The notes beneath the pieces are model-generated. The model did no database searches and had not been told where the DNA came from. It saw nothing but the letters and a program-made list of their open reading frames with translations. Of a stretch of DNA of 64,000 nucleotides, positions 35,226 through 46,620 are shown in pieces. Within the stretch, counting starts at the first letter, position 1. Each line of letters begins with the position of its first letter. Made by a program: the position numbers and the translations under genes. This DNA is from an uncultured Hormoscilla sp. (GTDB taxonomy: Bacteria > Cyanobacteriota > Cyanobacteriia > Cyanobacteriales > Desertifilaceae): assembly GCA_963921275.4 (NCBI GenBank), contig OZ001293.3:1984001-2048000 (forward strand). Reading direction: 5' to 3'.

Positions 35226-35595
35226 TATGCCCAGATCTTCCCCCCTCGCCCAGCAGCAGCTGTGCTATACTCCGAACGGTCAGGAACTGCGCTTTTTCAT
35301 GCAGTCAATATGTCACCAACAATGCCTGAAAGCGCAAGTCGAGCCCTTTCAGAGTATAGGTTGTACCCTAAGGAATGAGGATTTAATAATTTGTCAAAAT
35401 TACGTAGCGTATAGGTAGGGAACGGGGAACGGAGGGGGCTCCAGGGGCGATCGCGGTAAGGTTGATCCTGTTGCATTTTAATACTGTCAGATCCTTCCGA
35501 TTTGGCGGGGGGCGATCTGGACCCTCAGGGGATCTAGCAGAGCCTTTTTTCCGTGATGCCTGATTTTTAGTGCTCCCTCAACGCTCTCTAGCGCC

Positions 35596-36271
35596 CTACA
35601 TCGGTTGTGGCTTGGCTGTATAGTTCCATTGTGGGAGAATATTGTCAAAGACAATTTGCATATTTTCCTTAAAACTTGAGCCAACTTTCACTCCTGTTTG
35701 ATAAAGCTTATCAATTACGGTTGTAAATACCTTTAATCCTGTCTTTGTTGTCCTTGTGGCTATCAAATTTTTGACCGTTTCCACCTTGTCGAATATTACC
35801 CCCTCACATGTCCGACATAGGGAAACAACCGATGTTCAATGGGATTATACTTAGAGGTATAGGGGGGATAATGAGCCATCCGAATTTCTATGCCTAGCTT
35901 GTTGCTAAGCTTTTGCAGATTTTCCTTAAACAGGTAAGAGCGGGAGCTGTTACTACCACCGCCATCACATAACAATAAAATTGAGCTTGCCAATGGATAC
36001 AGTATAGAGCCGTAAGTGAGCCACCAATAGCTAATTGAGTCACTTCACAAGTGTCATGAGATGTCCCAATCTGTATCAAGCCCTTCTTGTAGTTGAGATC
36101 GTATAAACCATGGGGAATTATCTTGCCTTGAGCCAGAGATGGCCAGTCATGGTCGTAAACATTGATTCTCTCTTGGGTTAAGCAGAGCCCATCACGATAT
36201 AGTTGAGCTATAAACTCTTTTTTTTGTGTCCATACTTATTACCGGATTTCCAGCATTTTGATAGCTCTCCA
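35596..36271 (-). mobile_element. ISAzo13-family transposase remnant
   Basis: NPVISMDTKK, LLLCDGGGSNS, AHYPPYTSKYNPIEHRLF, TTKTGLKV, WNYT; frameshifted. Confidence 0.85.
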
Positions 36272-36566
36272 CATAGGTTTTTGCGAGATTATACACCACC
36301 CGCTTCCCAAAGGCATCCACATTCAACACCTGCATCTCCACAAGCACCGTTGACTCGTCATCTAGCACCGCCTTTACATCCAGGTAGCTATCCTTTAATT
36401 CTACCAAGCTGCCGGCATTGTAGGGGTCGATTATCTCTAAATCTTTAATCTTTGGGTTACCTCCATAGATCAGAGCATTCAGAAAGCTGACCAGGATATC
36501 TTTGCTCTCGGATGAGCCAAATATTTTCTTAAAGGCAAAATCAGTTTTCGGACTGATAAATCTCAT
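36272..36566 (-). pseudogene. 5' duplicate of the Rpn gene fused to ISAzo13 sequence
   Basis: Nearly identical to about 37419-37710 through YNLAKTY, then switches to transposase sequence. Confidence 0.85.
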
Positions 36567-36780
36567 GGCTTCTTCTCCTGTTTATAGTTGCTGGTCCCGG
36601 CGCTGACAATAGCATTATATCCGATCGCCTAGAGCATCTAGTATCAGCTATAAACCGGGTTTCTCCTCTCGTTCCCAGGTAGAACCTGGGAACTTTATTC
36701 TGAGGATCTCGCCTCTTATTTGATCTAGGCATCCGTGTAAAGTCAAGTCGGGAAGATGTTTAATAAAATAGTATTACATT

Positions 36781-37710
36781 TTACTGGATTACATGCGATC
36801 GCAACCAACTGGACAAGTCATCGGGGCTAGTCAAATCAAAAATCTCCAAGGACAACATCTCTAACTCTGACAGGGACAATTTTTCGATTTCACCTCGCAG
36901 AGCAGTCGGAATTTCTCCAAACCGGTGCTCCAGCATACGCAATAACATCCCTATTCCTTCCTCAAGTCGTCCTTCTTCGCGTCCTTCTTCCCGTCCTTCC
37001 CGCCTTGCTTTGATGATTTCACCCCGTCGATCTTCAATAAACACCTCCCGTTTGTGTAGTTCTTCCAACTCTTTTACAGTCATGTTCGCTTTGTTGGCTA
37101 TTTGAAAAGCCTTCTCGATCTCCGGCACTTCCCCTAACACTGTCGGCACCGCTTCTAAGCTGGGAGCTGATTTTATGAAATAAATCCATTTTTCTGTCAA
37201 GCTCGACAACTCTGGCAGCTCTTTTTTGAATTTTGGCAGTTCCACAAACACCATTCTTAGTTCTCGGTCTCGATAGTCAAACATCAGCTCCTCTTCTTTG
37301 AACCTGAAGCTGTTTATTACCCTCTCGGTTTCTGAGAACATCTTGAAATCTGTAATGATTAAGGCAATTACTGGCTTCAGGGACGAGTATCCTGACCCTG
37401 AACTCAACTGATTACTATAGGTTTTTGCGAGATTATACACCACCCGCTTCCCAAAGGCATCCACATTCAACACCTGCATCTCCACAAGCACCGTTGACTC
37501 GTCATCTAGCACCGCCTTTACATCCAGGTAGCTATCCTTTAATTCTACCAAGCTGCCGGCATTGTAGGGGTCGATTATCTCTAAATCTTTAATCTTTGAG
37601 TTACCTCCATAGATCAGAGCATTCAGAAAGCTGACCAGGATATCTTTGCTCTCGGATGAGCCAAATATTTTCTTAAAGGCAAAATCAGTTTTCGGACTGA
37701 TAAATCTCAT
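36781..37710 (-). CDS. Rpn family PD-(D/E)XK nuclease with a DUF4351-like C-terminus
   Basis: PKTDFAFKKIFG, LDVKA, LVEMQV, FVELPKF, GREEGREEG repeats. Confidence 0.9.
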   Translation of the reverse strand: MRFISPKTDFAFKKIFGSSESKDILVSFLNALIYGGNSKIKDLEIIDPYNAGSLVELKDSYLDVKAVLDDESTVLVEMQVLNVDAFGKRVVYNLAKTYSNQLSSGSGYSSLKPVIALIITDFKMFSETERVINSFRFKEEELMFDYRDRELRMVFVELPKFKKELPELSSLTEKWIYFIKSAPSLEAVPTVLGEVPEIEKAFQIANKANMTVKELEELHKREVFIEDRRGEIIKARREGREEGREEGRLEEGIGMLLRMLEHRFGEIPTALRGEIEKLSLSELEMLSLEIFDLTSPDDLSSWLRSHVIQ

Positions 37711-37949
37711 GGCTTCTTCTCCTGTTTATAGTTGCGGGTCTCCGGGGGCTTATCAAGCATTATAGGCTGAACTGGCTGGCATTGCTGATTGGCGCAGACC
37801 CTTTTTCCAGGAGCCCGCTAATGCGGGCTACCCTGTTCAGTAGCCGCACCCCTCGTTCCCACGGCTCTGCCTGAGAACGGGTGACGGCTTACTCCCGGTT
37901 CTCAGAGATTATCAGGAAAACCGAATCAGCTTTTCGATCTCTCATCCAT

Positions 37950-38749
37950 GTGTTGTACATCGCCCATAACGAAAACTAGCCATCTTTCTTTAGCAAGGCA
38001 GGTGAACAAAGCCGACTCCTCAAGCAGGTAAGTTGTCACCAGGTGCTTTTGCCTGAGATCGGACACTTGCTCAGCTTCTACCTGTTAGCCTCGATTGAGA
38101 TATGTCTGGGCAAAGGAGTTTACCATCCTTTGAAAAGATTCATTTTTTCTATAAAGAGCCTGAAATTCCTCGTAATATATCTTCAAGTCCTATCGCTTCT
38201 CGATTTCTGAAGTCAATCTGAACTCGAACCAACAGCTTCCCGAGTATTGCTCGAACAGGAGACGGCGATTGTTGATGAACTCTTTTCCAGTCCTAAGTGC
38301 CAAAGGCAAAGCTTCATCTTCTTTAAGTCCATGTTTAATCTCGATTGTCAGTTTGTATATACTATCTCCCACTAGCACTACGCAAGCCTTGAAGTTTTCA
38401 CTAATCCATTTGATGCTAGCTTCAAGTCGCTTACTCTCGAGGAAGTTATTGCTTCCTAGGCTGATTATGAAAACACAGTTTTTATACTCAAACAGGGAGT
38501 TCCGCAGGCGATCGGTAAATACTTTTGCTAAAGTTGCCTTGTACCCATAATTTTGGCTATTTTCGGCAGTAGCTTTTGTCAAATTTAAGTCGCGTCTCTT
38601 AATATTTATCGCCTTGCTGATTTGAGATTCAAGCTGCTGCAAGCGTTCTAGCGAAAGCTGATTCCACTCGAAATTTTCAAGAATATTTTCTGCTTGACTA
38701 CTCATTCTGCTAGATATTTTTGGAGGCAAGAGGTTGGGACCTTGACCAC
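37950..38749 (-). pseudogene. tRNA-dependent cyclodipeptide synthase (CDPS)
   Basis: ISLGSNNF, VLVGDSIY, and TYLLEESALF on reading through two in-frame stops (38190-38192 and about 38085); diverges after WLVFV. Confidence 0.75.
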
Positions 38750-38833
38750 TGATGCTGGCTGTTTGAGGATTTTGATATATTTACTCATAAGGCAACTATA
38801 TCAAAATCGTCCCTTAAAAGCTGTCAACCAGAA

Positions 38834-39318
38834 TTAAACTTCCGTTTCAAATAAGGCAAGCCGCAGTCGCTCCGTTGCTTCTTCCATTTCCGTCACGGAC
38901 TCAATGCTAACAAGCACGCTGCGTTCAATTCCTAAAAGCTCCGCCGCTTTCGCCACCGCTGCTTTTTCTTTTTCATGGTAGATCCCATCAGCTCGACTCA
39001 TCTTGATGGCTTGGTACAACATGGAGCGGCGAAAATTAAGCGGAAAATCGTACTTTATTTCACTCAATAGCTCTTCAATGTTAGCATTTTCCAATCGAAT
39101 TTGCGGAGGGTTTAAATGTACTCTTCCGATTCTACCATCAAAAGTCCTTGTTCGTCAATATACCACTGGAATTCTGCTTCTGCAAGTTCGCCATCCGCAT
39201 CGGCGATCGCCATTAATGCGTCGCCGTATTTCACCGCCACCTCAAAATCAACTGGAGACGTGAGGTTATATTTTATCTTAGCATATTTGGTCGGCTGGAG
39301 ACTTTTTCCGCTGCTCAT
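38834..39318 (-). pseudogene. TerB-like protein with a frameshift or small deletion at about 39100
   Basis: ALMAIADADGELAEAE plus LYQAIKMSRADGIYHEKEKAAVAKAAELLGI. Confidence 0.7.
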
Positions 39319-39496
39319 ATTTTACTCCTTTTCTTGTTGGTAAAGATTCTGTTTAATTTTATTATACCAACTTGAGATTCATTTGTCAACCCCGAGATTT
39401 ATTCTCACTTACTATTATGTCCTTTGGTAGAGGCGCAGGGGCGCTCGGCACCTGTCGCGATCTCGGAACCACTAACCCCCACTAAATTAATTAAAC

Positions 39497-39735
39497 TTAC
39501 CTCTTCATCATGGCCCGCCTGAGTCGATCTGTTGCATCTTCCATTTCCATGAGAGCCTCAATGCTATTTACCACGCTACCTTCAATCCCTAAAATTTTGG
39601 CTGCTAGCGCCACAGCGGCCTTTTCCTTGTCATGGTATGCTCCATCTGAGGGACTCATCTCGATCGCTTGGTACAACAAACAGTGACTACAATTTAAAGG
39701 GAAATAATTCTTAATTTCACCTAATAGCTCCGATC
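39497..39735 (-). pseudogene. Second TerB-like paralog, C-terminal half only
   Basis: ELLGEIKNYFPLN...LLYQAIEMSPSDGAYHDKEKAAVALAAKILGI aligns with 38834-39094; the 5' part is replaced by repeats. Confidence 0.7.
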
Positions 39736-40925
39736 GGGGCACAGAGTCCATCATATCACCCATCCGATCGGGGCACGGCATCCATAACATAACGATGCCC
39801 CTACCTTCCCTGGCCTTACATTCCATCCTATCATGCATTCCTACAGGACATCATATCACTCATCGCATCGGGGCACAAATCCATAACAGGGAGACCACAG
39901 CGAGACTGTCTAATCGCACATGCATAGGAGATGCAGGCCGATGGTATATTACATTTGCAAGTCCCCGTCGGGCTAACAGATACGCTCGTTAGATGTCAAG
40001 GTTACGGTGCAACCTGTAAAAGGGGAAAGGGATAGTCCTTCAGGACGGGATGGTCTCCTGGTTTTTTTGAAGAGACTTGTGGTTGTTGTCAAGATGACAC
40101 TTCGATGTCTCTGGAGTAGTGCGAGTAGCGCTCTCCAGAGACATCGAAGATCATTGATTCAGAAGGAGAGTTCGAGGACCGCGAAGCCTTACTATGTGGA
40201 AGGCTTGCAAATTGAATATTGGCAAGCTGATTGAAGAGATGTCTTTACAGAAGGGAATTATTCGGGCCAGTCACTTTTGCTGCTGCCATATTTACCAGTA
40301 GCCCAGAAACCCTGTTTTAAGGGATAACCTTTGTTTCGCCCATTCAACGGGGTCCATTCTGGCGGTCGGACGATACTGCTGCGCAGTCGCTGCGCGATCG
40401 AGACTCTGCACCAGAACAGGTTATTCGGGGGGAGAGCGCCGCGATCGCACCGGTGCTAGAGCGGCGGTCCATTGATAATACGCCGACATTTTCAAATATC
40501 TGTGCATCAACGGGAAATCAACATCTTCTCGTCTGGCCCTCTCCCCGGACCTCGAGAGGGCCCTCACACTTTACCCAAAATCTGTTCTACAGCGACCAGG
40601 CTCTAATTCTGTTCTAGTCGAATTGGCACATATGGCATCTATCGGAAGCTAATACACTAGAATAGCAGAAGTTTCGATGTCTCCGGAGAGCTTTCGGTGT
40701 CCCCCGGAAGCGCTATTCGCACTACCCGGTGGACACCGAACTCGCACTACTCCGGAGACATCGAAGCAAGATTTCGGGTGAGTTGCGCCGGGGTGAAGGC
40801 TAGCACCGGAGCCCCGGAAAGTTCGGGGCCTCATCAACTATGTGGTGGGGCGAATTTACCAGAAGATAAAATTGAGATGAGATAAAATAGTCAAAGCACC
40901 CGATCACAGAAGAGGTCTATCCATT

Positions 40926-41756
40926 ATGACTCAAGCAGTCGTTTCCGAGGTGACCATCAATGCACCTCAAGAAAAAGAATCACCACCAAGTGAGCGGATG
41001 TTCACTTTTGCAGAATATCTCGAATATGAAGGAGAACCGGACGTTCTCTATGAATTATGCAGGGGGAAACTCATACCCATGTCAGCAGCAACGCACCTAC
41101 ATACCAACATTTGCAAATTTCTGCTTTACAAGTTACAGCGCTACTTTGTGGACCAGAACTTAGATTTAGTTGCTAACTCTTTAGCGACCGGTGTCCGCAC
41201 GGAAGAAAATTCATCCCGAATTCCCGATGTGGTAGTCTGTAGCCAAACGGTTTGGGAACAAGCGATCGATCGTCCCGGCGCTGGGGTCTTAGATTTCGCC
41301 GAAAAGCCGATTCTGGTAGTAGAAGTTGTCAGCAGCAATGCCCGGGATGATTATGTGACGAAACGCTATGAATACGAAATCGCGGAAATTCCCGAATATT
41401 GGATAGTAGACCCGCAAAAGAAACGAGTGCGGGTGCTTGCTAATCCCAGCAAGGTAGAAGGATATAGCTTTGTCGATTTCACCGAAGAGCAATCGATTGT
41501 TTCCAGTCAGTTCGAGCAGCTAGTTTTATCGGTGAAAGAACTGCTCGCTCCTCCGCTGGTGGAGCTATTAATGAAAGCAGAACAGGCCAAAATGAAAACC
41601 ATGGCACAAGAGATCCTTTCCGAACGCCAACGGGCTGAAACCGAACGCCAACGTGCTGAAACCGAACACCAACGTGCTGAAACCGAACGCCAACGGGCTG
41701 AAAGATTAACCCAGCGGTTACTAGAAATGGGAGTAAACCCGTCCGAAATTAATTAA
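40926..41756 (+). CDS. Uma2 family endonuclease
   Basis: FTFAEYL, SRIPDVVV, LVVEVVSS, EIPEYWIVDP; four ERQRAET-type repeats. Confidence 0.9.
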   Translation: MTQAVVSEVTINAPQEKESPPSERMFTFAEYLEYEGEPDVLYELCRGKLIPMSAATHLHTNICKFLLYKLQRYFVDQNLDLVANSLATGVRTEENSSRIPDVVVCSQTVWEQAIDRPGAGVLDFAEKPILVVEVVSSNARDDYVTKRYEYEIAEIPEYWIVDPQKKRVRVLANPSKVEGYSFVDFTEEQSIVSSQFEQLVLSVKELLAPPLVELLMKAEQAKMKTMAQEILSERQRAETERQRAETEHQRAETERQRAERLTQRLLEMGVNPSEIN

Positions 41757-41999
41757 ACTTAACCGTTCGATTGGGCGATCGCCATTGCAGGAGGAGATCG
41801 CCCGTTTGACAATTGGTAATAAGGAAAAAGCAGAACTGGAAGAATCATGCAGACGATCCCAGGCTATTCGGGGAGCGATCGCCGCGATCGCACCGGTCAG
41901 GGCCCCATAAACTATGTGGTGGGGCGAATTTACCAAAAGATAAAATTGAGATGAGATAAAATAGTCAAAGCACCCGATCGCAGAAGAGGTCTATCCATT

Positions 42000-42782
42000 A
42001 TGACTCAAGCAGTCGTTTCCGAGGTGACCGCCAAGGCACCTCAAGAAAAAGAATCACCACCAAGTGAGCGGATGTTCACTTTTGCAGAATATCTCGAATA
42101 TGAAGGAGAACCGGACGTTCTCTATGAATTATGCAGGGGAAAACTCATACCCATGTCAGCAGCAACGCACCTACATACAAAGATTTGCAAGTTTCTGGTT
42201 TATAAATTACAGCGCTACTTTGTTGACCAGAATTTAGATTTAGTTGCTAACTCTTTAGCGACCGGTGTCCGCACAGAAGAAAATTCATCGAGAATTCCCG
42301 ATGTGGTAGTCTGTAGCCAAACGGTTTGGGAACAAGTTGAGCATCGTTCCGGTGCTGGGGTTTTAGATTTCGCCGAAAAGCCGATGTTAGTGGTAGAAGT
42401 TGTCAGCAGCAATGCCCGAGATGATTATGTGACAAAACGCTATGAATACGAAATCGCGGAAATTCCCGAATATTGGATAGTAGACCCGCAAAAGAAACGA
42501 GTGCGGGTGCTTGCTAATCCCAGCAAGGTAGAAGGATATAGCTTTGTCGATTTCACAGAAGAGCAATCAATTGTTTCCGGTCAGTTCGGACAGCTAGTTT
42601 TATCGGTGAAAGAACTGCTCGCTCCTCCGCTGGTGGAGCTATTAATGAAAGCAGAACAGGCCAAAATGAAAACCCTGGAACAAGAGATCCTTTCCGAACG
42701 CCAACGGGCTGAAGCCGAACGCCAACGGGCTGAAAATTTAGCCCAGCGGTTACTAGAAATGGGAGTCAAGGAAATCAATTAA
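42000..42782 (+). CDS. Uma2 family endonuclease, tandem paralog
   Basis: Near-identical to 40926-41756, including about 90 bp of upstream sequence; two ERQRA repeats. Confidence 0.9.
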   Translation: MTQAVVSEVTAKAPQEKESPPSERMFTFAEYLEYEGEPDVLYELCRGKLIPMSAATHLHTKICKFLVYKLQRYFVDQNLDLVANSLATGVRTEENSSRIPDVVVCSQTVWEQVEHRSGAGVLDFAEKPMLVVEVVSSNARDDYVTKRYEYEIAEIPEYWIVDPQKKRVRVLANPSKVEGYSFVDFTEEQSIVSGQFGQLVLSVKELLAPPLVELLMKAEQAKMKTLEQEILSERQRAEAERQRAENLAQRLLEMGVKEIN

Positions 42783-43208
42783 ACTTAACTCTGTCTCCTG
42801 GGATCTCGATGTCTTCGGAGAGCGCCTTAAGCACTACTCCCGATGTGCTCTGCGCGCGAGCACTACGCAGAGCACCGATACGGAGACATCGTAGGAGCAC
42901 TACCCAGGAGACAGGGCCGTTCGATTGGGCGATCGCCATTCTTTTGCGGGTAGCGATCGCCCATTTGATAAGCCAAGATTAACAATTCCGTTTGCTTCGC
43001 CCTGGCGACGTATCGCCGCGTTCTGGGGATGCACCAGAGGAGGCAGAGCCTCCCGAAAACGTTTCCGGCCCGATCCCGCAGCGTGGCGCAGCCATGTCAG
43101 GGAACGAGAGAAGCGTTGGGTTTCGTGAGATAACCCAACCTACAATATAGCCCGCGCAGGCGGGCGAAAGTTTGTCTAGCCCCACCCTGAAGGGTGAGGG
43201 CTCAGAGG

Positions 43209-46200
43209 CTACAATTGCAGCAATCTTTGTAGAGGAATCTCGACAACATCAGGACAGTTCTTGAGTTCGTAACCCAACTCGTAAATGACTTTCTCTATTA
43301 TATAAGCATCCAGCAACACTTGCAATTCTTGCTCAGTTTTCGGCAAGAATCTGGTATCTTTGGCTGTTTCTAAATAGGCCTTCAAGAACGCAACGCTTAC
43401 CCAACCAGACCAAAACTGCGTCCACTGCTCCATCTGGGATAGGTTTTCGGTGAGTAGCGGTCCTGTTTGGACTTCACGGCGTAGGGCGTGCGCTGCGGCA
43501 TGATGGAATGATTGCAGCATACTGGCCACATCTCGTAGGGGCGATCGCTTCATCCGTCGTTCGCTTAAGGGGCGGCTTGGTTCTCCCTCAAAGTCAATAA
43601 TGATAAAGTCCTTACCCGTATACAGCACTTGCGCTAAATGATAGTCCCCGTGGCAGCGAGTACGCTGAGCCGTAATCTTCAAATTCAAAATTGACCCCAA
43701 ACGAGTCAGCAGCATCTCCTGATGGTTGAGCACCGCATGGGCTAAAGGTTCAACCTCTGGTTTCAGCCGTCCCAGTTTTTTTCTTAAGGAAAGTAATACT
43801 TGTCCTACCAGGTTGCGGGTGTACTGATAGATCGAACGCTGGTAAAAAGAGCTGAAGGGTTCCGGAGCAAAGGCCGAATTTTCCGAGTCTGAGCTTAAGG
43901 TTAGATGCAACTCGGCGGTCTGCTTGCCTAATATTTCTGCCGAATTGATGTAAAAGCCGATGGTTTCATAGGCCAAATCTGGCAGTTCCATCCCCATAGA
44001 CTCTGTCAAGGAAGAGGGCGGCAAAATTACCTCGCTCAACTCTTCCCGCTTGACGGCTATATTCTCGAAATAGTCTCGCAGGTTGTCCAGGGTGTAATGC
44101 CAAGCATTCCTGTTATTGGCGATATACTTTTGCATTATCCCCACAGTGGAGGGCTGACCATTATTTTGGGGATGATACTCCAGATAACCCGCAATGGGTG
44201 CAAAGTGTTCCAGGCTTTTTTTCTCCGTCAGGAAGCGACCAATTTCCAAGTCCGGGTTCATCCCTGCTTCCAGCTTGCGGAAAAGCTTGAGAATCAGCCG
44301 ATCGCCGTAAACTATGGAAGTATTGCTCTGTTCTCCTGGCAGTAGCGCCGGTTCCAGGTTATGAGCTGCTTCCGTCAGCATCGCCAATACTGGAGTGCTA
44401 TTGGCACTCAGGGTTCCGGCTTTACCTTGGTAACGACCCTGGGTGCTTATTGCTTTCAAGGTAAAGCTTAAAAATTCTTTGTCTCCTACCGCATCGTAGA
44501 TTTGCCCGGATTCTTCCGTGCTTTGAATGTACAGATGGGCGACAATGTAAATGTTATCCTTGCTGATGAGGCTATTTTCCTCGTAACTTAAAGGCATCAG
44601 ATAAGTTTGCGGGTCTCCTTCGGTATACTCCAACCGCAGCATCGCTAAAACTGTTTTTGTCCGGGCGTCACCCAAAGGAATAGTCTCGATAATTGCAGCC
44701 GATCGCACAATTCGTCCTTTCGCATCAAACCAACGACAGCTATACAGATAATTGGAAAGACTCGACTCCAAAGCTGTCTTGATTTGCGGTACGGCAAAAA
44801 CATCCTGCCAGTTACTGCTTACCGTCAGCTGCGGTTGCGATCTTTGGGGTTGCAGCATTTGAGCAACCGTATGCTGCTGTTGCAGCATAAACCAATAAAA
44901 AGAGTGGGGACCGATGCTGAAAAAGTAAGGCGCATCCTCGATTTTCGGGAACTGACTGCGCCCGAAAATTTCCACTGGCACCATACCTGCAAAAGCAGAT
45001 AAGTCTAACTCCACTGTTTGCACGAAACGAGACAAGTTGGCGACTACCAGGATATGTTCTCCGTTGTAGGTGCGGGTGAAAGCCAACACCTTACGGTTAT
45101 CTGGGTGCAGTAGTTCAAAAGCGCCCCGCCCAAATGCCTGAAAGCGTTGCCTGGTGGCAATTAGCCGTTTTGTCCACCACAACAGGGAGTTCGTATTTCC
45201 CTGTTGCGCTTCCACGTTAATGGCTTCGTAATGATATTCTGGATCGACAATCACCGGGGCATAGAGTTTTTGCGGGTTCGCCCGACTAAAGCCAGCGTTG
45301 CGATCGCCACTCCACTGCATGGGGGTGCGCACGCCGTGGCGATCGCCTAGATAAATATTGTCCCCCATGCCTATTTCGTCCCCGTAGTAGATTACCGGCG
45401 TTCCCGGCAGAGACAGCAATAAACTGCTTAACAATTCCACTTGGCGACGATCGTTCCCCAACAGAGTAGACAAGCGGCGGCGAATGCCTAAATTTAGACG
45501 CGCTTGGGTATCTTGAGCATAAACCCGATACATATAGTCTCTGTCTTCATCGCTAACCATTTCCAACGTCAACTCGTCGTGGTTACGCAGAAACAGCGCC
45601 CACTGACAATTATCGGGAATGAGGGGAGTTTGATCGAGGATGTCGGCGATCGGGAAACTATCTTCCATGCGCAATGACATAAACAACCGGGGCATCAGGG
45701 GAAAGTGAAAATTCATGTGACATTCATCCCCATTGCCATAATAATTTGCGGCATCTTCCGGCCACTGATTTGCCTCTGCTAGTAGCATCCGGTTGGGGTA
45801 TTTTGCATCTATATATGCTCGCAACTGTTTCAGAAAAGCATGGGTTTCTGGTAAGTTCTCGCAGTTAGTGCCTTCTTTCACGCACAGATAAGGCACTGCA
45901 TCCAGTCGCATCCCGTCCACGCCCTTACTAAACCAAAAATCTGCTACATCAAACACCGCCTCCCACACGGCTGGGTTCTCGTAGTTCAAATCTGGCTGAT
46001 GGGAATAAAAACGGTGCCAGTAATATGCTTTTGCCACCGGATCCCAAGCCCAGTTAGAATTCTCGAAATCTTGGAAAATTATTCGCACCTCTGGATATTT
46101 TTCCGGGGTATCGCTCCAAACATAAAAATCACGTTCTTTGCTCCCTTTCGGCGCTTTCCTCGCTCGTTTAAACCAGGAATGTTGGTCGGAAGTATGGTTA

Positions 46201-46529
46201 ACTACCAACTCAAGAATTACTCTAATTCCCCGTTCGTGCGCCCCATCCAAAAACTCTTGAAAATCATCCAAGTACCCGTAGATATGGTTAACATTTTTGT
46301 AGTCCCCAATGTCGTAACCATCATCTCGCAGAGGCGAGGGAAAAAAAGGTAATATCCAAATTGCCGTTATCCCCAAGTCTTTCACGTAGTCTAGCTTTTC
46401 AGTGAGTCCCTGAAAATCCCCAATCCCGTCGCAGTTACTGTCTGCAAAGGCCCGTACAGGCACTTCATAAATGATAGCATCCTTAAACCACAACGGATCG
46501 TTCTTCAAATGTTCTTGAGAATCTGGCAT
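43209..46529 (-). CDS. treS: Trehalose synthase / maltokinase fusion
   Basis: WFKDAIIYE, SPLRDDGYD, HQPDLNY, FLRNHDELTLEMV; C-terminal GEQSNTS and RCHGDYHL kinase motifs. Confidence 0.95.
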   Translation of the reverse strand: MPDSQEHLKNDPLWFKDAIIYEVPVRAFADSNCDGIGDFQGLTEKLDYVKDLGITAIWILPFFPSPLRDDGYDIGDYKNVNHIYGYLDDFQEFLDGAHERGIRVILELVVNHTSDQHSWFKRARKAPKGSKERDFYVWSDTPEKYPEVRIIFQDFENSNWAWDPVAKAYYWHRFYSHQPDLNYENPAVWEAVFDVADFWFSKGVDGMRLDAVPYLCVKEGTNCENLPETHAFLKQLRAYIDAKYPNRMLLAEANQWPEDAANYYGNGDECHMNFHFPLMPRLFMSLRMEDSFPIADILDQTPLIPDNCQWALFLRNHDELTLEMVSDEDRDYMYRVYAQDTQARLNLGIRRRLSTLLGNDRRQVELLSSLLLSLPGTPVIYYGDEIGMGDNIYLGDRHGVRTPMQWSGDRNAGFSRANPQKLYAPVIVDPEYHYEAINVEAQQGNTNSLLWWTKRLIATRQRFQAFGRGAFELLHPDNRKVLAFTRTYNGEHILVVANLSRFVQTVELDLSAFAGMVPVEIFGRSQFPKIEDAPYFFSIGPHSFYWFMLQQQHTVAQMLQPQRSQPQLTVSSNWQDVFAVPQIKTALESSLSNYLYSCRWFDAKGRIVRSAAIIETIPLGDARTKTVLAMLRLEYTEGDPQTYLMPLSYEENSLISKDNIYIVAHLYIQSTEESGQIYDAVGDKEFLSFTLKAISTQGRYQGKAGTLSANSTPVLAMLTEAAHNLEPALLPGEQSNTSIVYGDRLILKLFRKLEAGMNPDLEIGRFLTEKKSLEHFAPIAGYLEYHPQNNGQPSTVGIMQKYIANNRNAWHYTLDNLRDYFENIAVKREELSEVILPPSSLTESMGMELPDLAYETIGFYINSAEILGKQTAELHLTLSSDSENSAFAPEPFSSFYQRSIYQYTRNLVGQVLLSLRKKLGRLKPEVEPLAHAVLNHQEMLLTRLGSILNLKITAQRTRCHGDYHLAQVLYTGKDFIIIDFEGEPSRPLSERRMKRSPLRDVASMLQSFHHAAAHALRREVQTGPLLTENLSQMEQWTQFWSGWVSVAFLKAYLETAKDTRFLPKTEQELQVLLDAYIIEKVIYELGYELKNCPDVVEIPLQRLLQL

Positions 46530-46620
46530 ACTATGGTAATTCCTTGATAATGGAAAATTTCACCCTACAGTTCCCTATCCGGTCCCGATTTTTCCGGAAC
46601 GGTAGGGAACTGTGCGTAAT

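Noticed and set aside
40926..42782. Diversity-generating retroelement TR/VR pair among the duplicated Uma2 genes (also considered for the mutS2-like fragment)
   Set aside because: Differences are not adenine-specific, whole genes are duplicated, and there is no RT in the window.
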